Source of the DNA: Candidatus Polarisedimenticolaceae bacterium
GTDB lineage: Bacteria; Acidobacteriota; Polarisedimenticolia; Polarisedimenticolales; DASUFT01
Length of the DNA stretch: 64,000 nt
Direction: 5' to 3'
Assembly (NCBI GenBank): GCA_036274395.1
Contig: DASUFT010000057.1
Coordinates: 79 to 64,078, forward strand
Each line of letters opens with the position of its first letter. Within the stretch, counting starts at the first letter, position 1. The notes beneath the pieces are model-generated. The model searched no databases. It saw only the letters and a list, made by a program, of their open reading frames with translations, and was not told the DNA's origin. Positions 8,794-17,600 of this stretch are shown here, in pieces. The translations under genes were made by a program, and so were the position numbers.

Positions 8794-9312
8794 GTGGAGA
8801 CGATGGCCATCGAGCAGGACCGGCGGATCTCCGAGGTGATGGAGCACGAGGGCTCCCGCCTCGCCCGCTTCATCCGCCGCCGCGTTCCGGACCCCCGCGA
8901 TGCCGAGGATGTCCTCCAGGAGGTCTTCTACGAGCTGGTGGAGGCCAACCGCCTCCTCATGCCCATCGAGCACGTCACCGCGTGGCTCTTCCGGGTGGCA
9001 CGCAACCGGATCACGGACCTGCTGCGGCGGAGAAGGCCGGAGGACGAGGTGCTGGGCCTCGGGGAGCTGCTGCCTTCCCCCCAGGCCGGTCCCGATGCCG
9101 TCCACGCCCGGCGGGTGATGCTGGCCGAGCTGGAACGGGCGCTCCTGGAGCTGCCGGAGGAGCAGCGCGAGGTCTTCCTGGCCCACGAGCTGGCGGGCCT
9201 GAGCTTCAAGGAGATGGCAGCGGCCACGGGGGTGAGCGTGAACACGCTGCTGTCGCGCAAACGGTATGCGGTGCTGCGCCTGCGGGCGCGCTTGCACGAG
9301 GTGATGCGATGA
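8794..9312 (+). CDS. ECF-type RNA polymerase sigma factor
   Basis: Region 2 reads DAEDVLQEVFYEL...WLFRVARNRITDLLRRR. Region 4 reads LPEEQREVFLAHELAGLSFKEMAAATGVSVNTLLSRKRYAVLRLR. The GTG at 8794 or the ATG at 8803 could be the start. Confidence 0.9.
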   Translation: METMAIEQDRRISEVMEHEGSRLARFIRRRVPDPRDAEDVLQEVFYELVEANRLLMPIEHVTAWLFRVARNRITDLLRRRRPEDEVLGLGELLPSPQAGPDAVHARRVMLAELERALLELPEEQREVFLAHELAGLSFKEMAAATGVSVNTLLSRKRYAVLRLRARLHEVMR

Positions 9313-9620
9313 GACCGAGAGCGAAGAAGCTGGTCTGGATCGCGCCGCTGGCGATCGTGGCCATGGCGGCGTTCTTGGCGCTGGGCGGGACGGTGGTGCG
9401 CCTGCTCTGGAACGGCCTCCTGCCCGACCTCTTCGGCTTCCCCGCGGTGACGTTCTGGCAGGCGCTGGGGCTGCTCGCGCTCTGCCGGATCCTCTTCGGG
9501 GGCTTCGGGATGGGTGGGTCGCGCCGTGGCGGGCGGGCCGAGATGTGGGCGCGGATGACCCCCGAGGAGCGGGAGCGGTTCCGCGAGCGCATGCGCTCCT
9601 CGGAAGGATCCAGCACGTGA
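9309..9620 (+). CDS. Small two-TM membrane protein (103 aa) with a charged C-terminal tail, coupled to the ECF sigma gene
   Basis: There is an ATGA overlap with the sigma stop. The sequence is MRPRAKK, TM1 LVWIAPLAIVAMAAFLALGG, TM2 WQALGLLALCRILFGGFG, then the tail RRGGRAEMWARMTPEERERFRERMR. It is the in-frame C-terminal part of track ORF 8982..9620. Confidence 0.65.
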   Translation: MRPRAKKLVWIAPLAIVAMAAFLALGGTVVRLLWNGLLPDLFGFPAVTFWQALGLLALCRILFGGFGMGGSRRGGRAEMWARMTPEERERFRERMRSSEGSST

Positions 9621-10691
9621 TCAGGGGCAGGTGGCCGAGGCGTCCTTGGCCGTGACCCCGCAGAAGCCGGAAGGCGTGAAGCCGTGGCGTTCCTGCCCGG
9701 CCGAATCCGAACCCCAGCTGCTCTCGACGCCGGCGCCGTCCGTGCCCACCATCAGGAAGAAGAAGCTGCCTGGAGGAACCGCCGACCAGGTGGCGGTGCC
9801 GCTCGCCCCCAGGGAACAGACGGCTCCATCGAGGGCGTAGGTGGACACGCTGGCCAGGCTCCCGTACAGCAGCGCGTAGTCCGTGGCGGGACAGGAGAGG
9901 GCATCCCAGGTCACCTGCAGGGCATCTCCCGAGGCGGAGAGGCGGCTGCCACGCATCCCGCCGGGGACGGGCGGAGGTCCGGTGGCGATGCAGGCATCGC
10001 AGGAGCAGCTGGTACCCATGCCCAGGGCGGTCCCGCCCTGAAGCGCGCACGCGCCGGCGGTCAGGTCGGCGCAGGGGGTGCCGGTCAGGCAGCAGGACTG
10101 CGGATCGGGGCTGGCGCCGTCCAGCGTGAGACCGATCACGGCGAAGTCCACGTAGAGCGCGATCTTGTAGGTGTCGAAGCCGCGCAGCAGGGTGGTGCTC
10201 GACGGTCCATAGGTGAAGACCATGCCGTAGTAACCGGTGGCGTCGAGGGCGACGGGGTCGGCGAGGCCGTCCTCGCCGTTCAGGACGGGCATGATCTCGA
10301 TCGAGGCCCCGGCGCCCGCGGTGTTGGCGAGGAGCTCGAACGAGAAGGACGTCAGGTCGAAGACCTCGCCGTCGGCGCGCTGGATGGTCATGCGCGCGTG
10401 GTGGTCGGTCACTCCCGGGGGCGGCGTCGTCACCGCCTGCGCTTCCAGGCCCGACGGCCAGGGGACGCGCACGGCCCGGCCGATCGGCTCCCCCGTCCCT
10501 CCCGTGAACAGCTTGTCGCGCGTGTAGGTGAAGAGATATCCCTGGCTGCGGACCGTGTCCGAGGTCACCCCCGCGGAGACGAGGGCGGCGACCTGGCAGG
10601 GCTGGAACCAGGTCGCGGTGTCCGCGTGCGCGGGAAGAGCAAGCGTGGCACACGTCCCCAGGACGACGGCGCGAGCCAGTGCGTGGTGCAT
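9621..10691 (-). CDS. Secreted protein of unknown function (356 aa) carrying the shared C-terminal C-P-stop module
   Basis: The start was trimmed to MHHALARAVVLGTCATLALPAHA, a signal peptide. A Cys-rich linker (CCLTGTPCADLTAGAC...SCSCDAC) is followed by the C-terminal module ...FFFLMVGTDGAGVESSWGSDSAGQER...ATCP-stop. Confidence 0.7.
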   Translation of the reverse strand: MHHALARAVVLGTCATLALPAHADTATWFQPCQVAALVSAGVTSDTVRSQGYLFTYTRDKLFTGGTGEPIGRAVRVPWPSGLEAQAVTTPPPGVTDHHARMTIQRADGEVFDLTSFSFELLANTAGAGASIEIMPVLNGEDGLADPVALDATGYYGMVFTYGPSSTTLLRGFDTYKIALYVDFAVIGLTLDGASPDPQSCCLTGTPCADLTAGACALQGGTALGMGTSCSCDACIATGPPPVPGGMRGSRLSASGDALQVTWDALSCPATDYALLYGSLASVSTYALDGAVCSLGASGTATWSAVPPGSFFFLMVGTDGAGVESSWGSDSAGQERHGFTPSGFCGVTAKDASATCP

Positions 10692-10752
10692 GAGCCTTGT
10701 GTTGGCGCAGTGCGGCCAGCCGGTCAAGAGGCGAAGCGGACCGACTCGGTCC

Positions 10753-13695
10753 TCAGGGACAGCTCCCGCTCAGGTCCTGCGGCCGGTCGCAGGCGCCGAC
10801 ATTGACCGCCTCCGGCCGCTGACCGGCGGTCCCCGCGCCGTAGCTCCCTTCCCGGGTGGCGTTCTGCCCGACCACGGCGAAGTACAGGAGCGTGCCCGGT
10901 GCCAGGGCCCCGGGGTCGAAGACGGCGTGCCCGGTGTTGCCCACGGCACAGGCAACCCCGGTCCACGCGGGGTGTCCCGGGAACGTCCCCGTCCCCCAGA
11001 AGACGGCGTTGTCCGTGGCGCCGCACGCCGGGGTGTAGAGCACGTCGATGGCGCCGCTCGCCGTGCGCGAGGCGGTCATCCCCCCGCTGGCGCTGACCTC
11101 CTTCGGGTTGGGGGCGGTGCCGGTGGCGCAGGTGCCCGGGATCACCGCGTTGCTGACGGACACGTCGTCGATCCACCACCCCTGGCCGGTGACACCGCCG
11201 TCGCTGGAGAACCGCCAGCGCACCTTGACGCTCTGGCCGGCGTAGGCGGCCAGAGACCCCGTGTACGGGGAGGCGGGATAGGCCGGGGTGGCGATCGTGC
11301 GGGAGAAGACGGCGCCCGTGCTGGTGGGGATGCCGCAGGCGTTTCCCGTGAAGGCGATGGAGTCGGCGGGGTAGTTGAGCGCGAGCTTCGTCCAGTCGGT
11401 GTAGTTGGAGGAGCCGGTCGCGATCTCGACGATGCCCAGGTCGAAGCTCGTCTCCATGTCGTACTTGGAGGCGAAGGAGAGGGAGGCCCCGCTCTGCACC
11501 GTCAGCGCCGGAGTGGTGAGGGCGGCGCAGACGTTGTTCCCGTAGGTGCCGGTGGCGTAGACCCCGGGCGCCGACCTGCCCCCCGTGGGCTTGACGGACC
11601 AGGGGTTCGCGAGCGCCATGGCCGCCGGCCCGGAGTCGCCCGCGGTGTCGGTCCAGGTTCCCACCGTCGGTGGACCGGTGGGGGTGGCGGAGACCGTGAC
11701 GAGATTGCCGTCGTCCGCCCCGTTCCCGCCGTCCACGGCGCGCACGATGTAGGCGTAGGGCGTGGCGGAGGTGAGGCCCGCCTGGTCGTTGAGGAAGTTG
11801 CTGGTCAGGCCGGAGGCCACGACGTTGGCGGGAGAGGGGAGGAACGGCGTGGTCGCCGAGCGGTGCACCGTGTAGGTGACCGCACCCCCGCAGCGCGTCA
11901 CGGCCGACGGCCAGAACAGATGAAGGGTGCAGGTGGAGGCAGCGGAGTCCGCCACCCCCATGGCGCCGGCGAAGGAAGGACCCACCGTGCACGGGCCCGT
12001 GGTCGTGGCCTGCGCCACCGCCGAGTCGGCGGACTCGCAGCCCTGGACGGCGCGCACCAGATAGCGGTAGGTCACGCCCCCCGAGACGGGCGCGTCGTGG
12101 TACGAGGTCTGCGCCCCCGGCACCTCGGCCACCAGCGCGAACGCACCACCGGGATCGAGGGCGCGGTAGACGTGATAGGTGACCGCGTTGGCCGCCGGCT
12201 GCCAGGACACGTCGATGGCGCTGTCCCCGGCGGGCGCCGCCGTCACGCCCTGGGGCACGCCCGGCTGCCCCAGGGTGACGTCGGCGGTCTGGGGGCCGGA
12301 GCCGACCGCCACCTCCCGGGTGGCGGTGCAATAGCCGGGCGAGGAGTAGCGGACGTGATAGGTCTGGCCGCTCTGCACGAGCAGCCGGTAGTTCCCCTTG
12401 GCGTCGGCACGGCGCGGCGCCTCGCCGTGGGTGAACGTCACCTCCTGGAGCTCGAGGTTCGCCGATAGAGGGAGGCCCGTCTGGGCATCGGTCACCTTGC
12501 CCCGGATCTGCGCGCCGTCCAGCGTCTCGTCCAGGAAGTACTGCCAGGCGGTGCGCTGGCGCTGCACGGTGAGGTTGCGCCAGCTGGCGTAGCTGGGCTG
12601 GAAGCCGCCGGCCGCGGAGGAGTTGACCTCGATCACGTAGGCGTAGGCCCCGTACTGGTTGTATTGCGTGTCCACGCTGCCGCCGTCGGCGAGGTAGATC
12701 GTGGACCAGATGGGGCCGGTGGCGTACTGGCCGGGGACACCGCTGTCGTTGAGGAGGATGGCGTTCAGCCCCTGCGCCACCTCGTCCAGCGCCGCCCGCT
12801 CGTCGGGATCGTTGCACCCGTACGAGTACATCAGGTACTCGCCGTACGAGTGGTAGGAGAGGGCGAAGAACGGCCGCACCTGCGCCGTGAGCTGCATCAG
12901 CCCCTGCGTCTCCGGCTCCGATCCGGGAGCCGATCCCCTGGTGTCCTGGGCGCTGCAGGAGGCGCTGGAGCCGTTGCAGGAGCCCCACTGCACCGGGTAG
13001 TTGCGGTTGTTGTCCACGGCGCAGGAGGGGTGGCGGTTCTTCCTCCAGGAGGTGTCCGTGGTGAACACGTACATGGCGCCGTCGGGATTCACGCTCCCCA
13101 CCACGTAGATGTTGATGCTGTCCAGCCAGCGCTGGACCTGGGGATCGGTGGCGTACCGCGACGTGAGGTAGTCGATCATGTCGCGGGCGATCTCCGGAGT
13201 CATGACCTCGCGGGCGTGGTGCTGGGCGTCGAGCACGAAGGAGGGGCGCTCGTTGGCGAGCCCGACGTCCTTGGTGAGGTGGAGCACGTACTGCGTCTGC
13301 CCCTCGAACAGCGGGCTCTGGCTGATCGACTTCTCGGCCAGGTTCGGATACGCGGCCACCACCTGGTCCATGAAGGCCGACATCTCCTGGGGATCGGTGT
13401 AGTCCGCCAGCGCCCGGGTGGCGCTCGGCTCCACGTTGCTCCCGCGCACGGTGACCGCGAAGCCCTTGGCCTGCAGGTCCGCCAGCTCCTGCTCGGTCAC
13501 CACCAGCCCCACCGCCAGCGCCTTGCGGTCGATGCCGGCGACGTCGAACCCTTCCAGGGCCAGGGTGCGGGCCGCCTCCAGCGAGGGGACCGTCACCTCC
13601 ACGAAGAGCCTGGGCTCCGGAGTCTCGGCGCGGAGAGTGCCGCCGGCCACCACCAGGGTGGCGGCCACGAGCAGGCGTCGGAGGTTGCTTGGCAT
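10753..13695 (-). CDS. Secreted M14-family zinc carboxypeptidase (980 aa) with a CarbopepD_reg-like domain, two FN3-like domains, a jelly-roll-like domain and the shared C-terminal module
   Basis: The start was trimmed to MPSNLRRLLVAATLVVAGGTLRA (ATG at 13695). M14 motifs are QHHAREVM (HxxE), VNPDG, WRKNR and SYHSYGEYL. The C-terminus reads ...LLYFAVVGQNATREGSYGAGTAGQR...SGSCP-stop. Confidence 0.9.
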   Translation of the reverse strand: MPSNLRRLLVAATLVVAGGTLRAETPEPRLFVEVTVPSLEAARTLALEGFDVAGIDRKALAVGLVVTEQELADLQAKGFAVTVRGSNVEPSATRALADYTDPQEMSAFMDQVVAAYPNLAEKSISQSPLFEGQTQYVLHLTKDVGLANERPSFVLDAQHHAREVMTPEIARDMIDYLTSRYATDPQVQRWLDSINIYVVGSVNPDGAMYVFTTDTSWRKNRHPSCAVDNNRNYPVQWGSCNGSSASCSAQDTRGSAPGSEPETQGLMQLTAQVRPFFALSYHSYGEYLMYSYGCNDPDERAALDEVAQGLNAILLNDSGVPGQYATGPIWSTIYLADGGSVDTQYNQYGAYAYVIEVNSSAAGGFQPSYASWRNLTVQRQRTAWQYFLDETLDGAQIRGKVTDAQTGLPLSANLELQEVTFTHGEAPRRADAKGNYRLLVQSGQTYHVRYSSPGYCTATREVAVGSGPQTADVTLGQPGVPQGVTAAPAGDSAIDVSWQPAANAVTYHVYRALDPGGAFALVAEVPGAQTSYHDAPVSGGVTYRYLVRAVQGCESADSAVAQATTTGPCTVGPSFAGAMGVADSAASTCTLHLFWPSAVTRCGGAVTYTVHRSATTPFLPSPANVVASGLTSNFLNDQAGLTSATPYAYIVRAVDGGNGADDGNLVTVSATPTGPPTVGTWTDTAGDSGPAAMALANPWSVKPTGGRSAPGVYATGTYGNNVCAALTTPALTVQSGASLSFASKYDMETSFDLGIVEIATGSSNYTDWTKLALNYPADSIAFTGNACGIPTSTGAVFSRTIATPAYPASPYTGSLAAYAGQSVKVRWRFSSDGGVTGQGWWIDDVSVSNAVIPGTCATGTAPNPKEVSASGGMTASRTASGAIDVLYTPACGATDNAVFWGTGTFPGHPAWTGVACAVGNTGHAVFDPGALAPGTLLYFAVVGQNATREGSYGAGTAGQRPEAVNVGACDRPQDLSGSCP

Positions 13696-13733
13696 CGCGG
13701 AAGAGTACGGTGAAGGGCGGCGATTGGGAAGAT

Positions 13734-14396
13734 CTAGGGATCGGTCGCCGCTCCGCAGAGCTCGTCCCGCTGCGGGTAGCTGTCCCGCAGCGCTCCGGAC
13801 TGCGCGATGACCGCCTGCACGGCAGTGACGGGAGACCAGAGCACCTTCTCCGCACGGTCCCGCCACGACGCGCTGGGGAGCACGTAGCTCGCCGCCATCT
13901 GCATGTCGAGCGCGAGGTTCGCGCAGCGGCTCCGGCCCGCGTCCTTGAACTCTCGGCGAAGCGCCCGCATGGCGTCTCCGAAAGCCTGGTTGCAGGCGAC
14001 CGCGTGCCGTCCGTTCCAGATCCAGCAGACGTCGTGGTCCCGGCAGGCCGCGTCCAGGGCATCCACCGGCTTCACCGCGTAGTAGCGGGCGATCAGCTTC
14101 TCCCGCTCGCGCGGCGTCATGTCCCGGGGTCGCTTGCCGCTCTCCCGGGCGAGGCCGGGATACCCCCCGCCGCAGAAGCAGCCGTACCGGAAGCCGGGGG
14201 ACACCTTCACCCGCGCCGGAGCGGGATCGCTGCAGACCTCGGCACGGGCGAGGGCCCGGCGCAGCGTGCGTGACGAGGGAGGGGCCAGATCGACCTCCCG
14301 CTTCGCCCGTGCGTGCGCCACGCTGATGAGAGCGAGCAGGGTGAGGCCGGCCAGGAGGACCGGCTTGCCGCAGAAGCGTGGCGTACGGGGTCGCAT
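13734..14396 (-). CDS. Secreted phospholipase A2-like protein (220 aa)
   Basis: A signal peptide (LLAGLTLLALISVAHA) is followed by YGCFCGGGY, which matches the sPLA2 calcium loop YGxxCGxGG. Further on, DALDAACRDHDVCW matches the sPLA2 catalytic D-x-C-C-x-x-H-D-x-C block. Confidence 0.7.
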   Translation of the reverse strand: MRPRTPRFCGKPVLLAGLTLLALISVAHARAKREVDLAPPSSRTLRRALARAEVCSDPAPARVKVSPGFRYGCFCGGGYPGLARESGKRPRDMTPREREKLIARYYAVKPVDALDAACRDHDVCWIWNGRHAVACNQAFGDAMRALRREFKDAGRSRCANLALDMQMAASYVLPSASWRDRAEKVLWSPVTAVQAVIAQSGALRDSYPQRDELCGAATDP

Positions 14397-14406
14397 GAGG
14401 CTTCTC

Positions 14407-14442
14407 GGCGCGTTCGCCTCCCCCGAGGCAGGCGAACGCGCC
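14407..14442 (-). terminator. Perfect 13-bp GC-rich hairpin between the Cys-rich peptide gene and the PLA2-like gene (terminator, attenuator or stabiliser)
   Basis: ggcgcgttcgcct (14407-14419) is the exact reverse complement of aggcgaacgcgcc (14430-14442), with a 10-nt loop. It lies 15 nt downstream of the peptide stop. There is no U-tract. Confidence 0.55.
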
Positions 14443-14457
14443 CATGGGGCCGGCCTG

Positions 14458-14631
14458 CTAGACGCAGGCGCGCTGCGTGCAGACCACGCCGCCCTTGCCG
14501 CGGCAGCAGGTGTTGCAGTCGACCTGCCAGCAGGTGCTCGCCGCGTTGGCCGGGCTGCTCAGCGCAAAGATGCCGGCGATGGCGGTGAAGGAACCGAGGA
14601 CCAGAGCCAGGGCCGTGAGCTTCTTCTGCAT
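14458..14631 (-). CDS. 57-aa secreted cysteine-rich peptide precursor (not in the ORF track)
   Basis: Hand translation gives MQKKLTALALVLGSFTAIAGIFALSSPANA / ASTCWQVDCNTCCRGKGGVVCTQRACV-stop. A GGAGG sits 6 nt upstream of the ATG. The sequence has a clear signal peptide with an ANA-A cleavage site and six Cys in a 27-aa mature part. A perfect hairpin follows the gene. Confidence 0.65.
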   Translation of the reverse strand: MQKKLTALALVLGSFTAIAGIFALSSPANAASTCWQVDCNTCCRGKGGVVCTQRACV

Positions 14632-14691
14632 GATCTCCTCCTGCGCGAACCCCCTCGCGCCCGCGCAGCATACTCCTGACCGGTCGGGAAG

Positions 14692-17600
14692 CTACATGCT
14701 GCCCACGAGGTTGAAGAACGCGCCCTGGTGGTCGTAGCCGAGGTCGGTGAGATCGTCGGAGAAGTCGGTGAAGTTGTAGCCGGCGCCGACCTTCAGGTGC
14801 TTGCCCAGGGATCGGTAGAGGGTGAACACGGCGCCGGCGCGGCGCTGGCGGACATCGGGCAGGTTCAGCGTGCGCACCTCGAGCAGGCTCTCCCAGCCCT
14901 GGCGGAATCGCCAGTCCGCGCGCACCGCCGCGAAGCGCGCCGCATTGTCGAAGAAGTCGCGCTGCTGGCGGTCCAGGCTCACCTGGCCCAGGCGGTAGGC
15001 GACCTTGCCGCCGATGTCCCAGTCCCGGGTGAGGCCGTAGGAGAGGTCGACCGCTCCGATGTGGCTCTTCTGCAGGAACTCCACGGGGACGTTCCGGAAG
15101 ATCACCTGGTCCGTGGTGGGGACGTTGTAGAAGTACGTGTACTTGACCAGGGCGTTCATCCGGTCGTGGGTCACCGGGCGATAGGCATAGCCGATCACGG
15201 CCTCGGTGTAGCCCCCGTCGTAGAAGTCTCCCAGGGAGCTGTCGCTGAAGGAGTGGTCGAGCTTTCCCAGCACCCGCCAGCTCGGCGTGGCCTGGTACTT
15301 GAAGTTGTTGCGGAAGAGCCAGGCCGTCCGCTCCGTGTGCGTGGTGTCGATCTGCTCCACGTCGTCACGCCGGTACTCGACCCCACTCGCGAGCTGGATC
15401 TTTTCCAGGCCGTAGCCCACCCGGAAGCCGGCCGCCCGGCGGTCGGTCTCGGCGGCGGTCCGCGAATCCACCAGCGTGCCGAACTCCGCATTGGCCCCGA
15501 GGTTCCAGCGCTCCCGTGCCACCAGGTGGATGCCGGTGGCGTGGGTGAGGCCGCTCAGGGACCCGGCGTCCTGGTAGCGCTCCTCCACGTACACGCTGGA
15601 GGCGTCGGACAGCCGCCTCTTGGCCCCGGACACCAGGGTCCCCCGGCGCACCTGCAGGCCGTTGTCGGTGCGCTCGTTCTCCAGGGAGTAGTTGAAGTAG
15701 AGGCTGGTCCTCTCGGACACCAGGAAGTTGGTTCCCAGCCTGCCCCCGGCCCCCAGGTCTCCGTCCGAGACCTCGCCGTCGATGCGGAAGCGCTTGGTGG
15801 GGCTGTAGGAGCCGCCGGCACCGACCCGGCCGTTGTCGGGGCGATTGTCCTTGGTGGAGACCGTCTCCTGCACGAAGCCGTAGGCGCGCCAGTTGGTGCC
15901 GGGATCGAACTTCGCCTGCACCACGGCGTCCGTGCGCTCGCCCAGCTCCTGGGTCAGCGGCACCACGGGGGAGCTGTCCTTGCGCAGGTCGTTGCGCACG
16001 CCGCCGCTCACGTTCCACCTGGGCGTGAGCTGGTACCCGGCGTTCACCTCCAGGGCCCGGGTCTCCACGCCCTGGTCCTCGGTCCTCTGGTCGCCCTTGG
16101 CGGCCAGGCTGAACCGGTCGGTCACCGGCATGCGGAACGTGCCCCCGCGCACCTCGGTCTCCTTGAGGGTGGCCTGGCCCGGAGCCGAGTAGCCGGCCTC
16201 GATGTTCTGGCTGTAGAGGGTGACGCGGCCCTTGTTCCCCTGGAAGAAGTCTCCCAGCCCCACGCTCAGGTCGGCGCGGTAGGCGCCGGCGTCGGCGTCG
16301 GTGAAGCTGGCGTCGGCCGGGCCCTGGAAGACGAAGCCGCCGTCGTCCGAGCGCAGAGAGCTCGAGACCAGGCCTTCGCTCCGGCCCGTCTGCACCTTGA
16401 AGAAGGACTCGGTGCTCATGCGCAGCGTGAGATCTGCCGCGCCCAGGGTGCTGTCGACGTCCCCCTCCTCGTTGGAGTTGGCGGTGACCCCGAGGCGCAC
16501 GTGGTCGCCGAACCAGTAGTGGCCCTGGCCGCCCACGGCCATGGCATCCAGCTCGTCGAAGCCCGGCGTGTACTCGTACCGCACCACCAGGTGGGCCTCG
16601 TCGCCGGAGAGGCCGCTGGTGCGCACCAGCAGGTTGTCGTCGGCGGTGGAGGAGAGCGGCTGGGTGAGGAGCAGCCGGCCCTGCAGGTAGTCGATGTCGT
16701 AGTCCATGACCGGCCGCAGCGGCACCACGCCGGTGACGATGCCCGAGTCCTTGTCCCGGATCTCCACGCGCACGCGCTCCGAGCCCTGGAGGATGTCCTG
16801 GTGGCGCAGGAAGTAGAGGGAGCCGCCGGTGCCCCGGTACTCCTCGTAGCTGGACACCGTTCCCGGCTCGGCGGCGAAGGCGTCGGCGGCGAACCGCCGC
16901 TCCCCGAAGCCGGTGGCGTTCTCCGACACGTAATGTGCGTTGGCGCCGTAGAGGCCGCGGTCCACGTGGGCCAGCTCGTTCTCCAGGTAGCCGACCTTGA
17001 AGTTCCCCCAGAGGCCGTAGTTCTGCCCCCGGGTGGCCTTGACGTAGAACTTGCCCAGCGTGGGCGCCATCTCCTCCACCACGCTGTCGTCCCCGAAGGT
17101 GGGGTAGTGGTCCTCCGGGTCGATGCGGCGGAACAGGGCATCGGGGGACTTGTCCAGGAAGTTGCTGAAGATGTCCTTGAACGGCCCTTCCCGCGTGTCC
17201 GCGCTGGCCGTCAGGTGCCAGTGCTCGGTGACCTTGCCGTTCACGTAGAAGGCGAAACGGCCGTCGAGCCCGGAGTCGAAGGGCTGGGGCGCGTTGGCCC
17301 CCTGGAGCTCCTCCGCCGGCCCGTCCGAGCGGTTCTCGGAGAGCGTGAGGTCGGCCATGCCCACGTAGAAGAGGTCCTTGCGCTTGAACTCGAGGTCCCG
17401 CAGGTAGAGGGAGCCGTTCCCGGCATCGTCCAGCACCGCCACCTCCACGGTGTGGGCGCCGGCGGGAAGGATCTCCTCCGCCGCGAAGTTCCCGGCGGGA
17501 TCGAGGGGCACCTGGCGGCCCGCGACCCACACGGTGTGGCCGGCGGGGATGCCGCCGCCCTGCACCTTCACCGTGCCCCCTTGCAGGGGGATGGCGTGCC

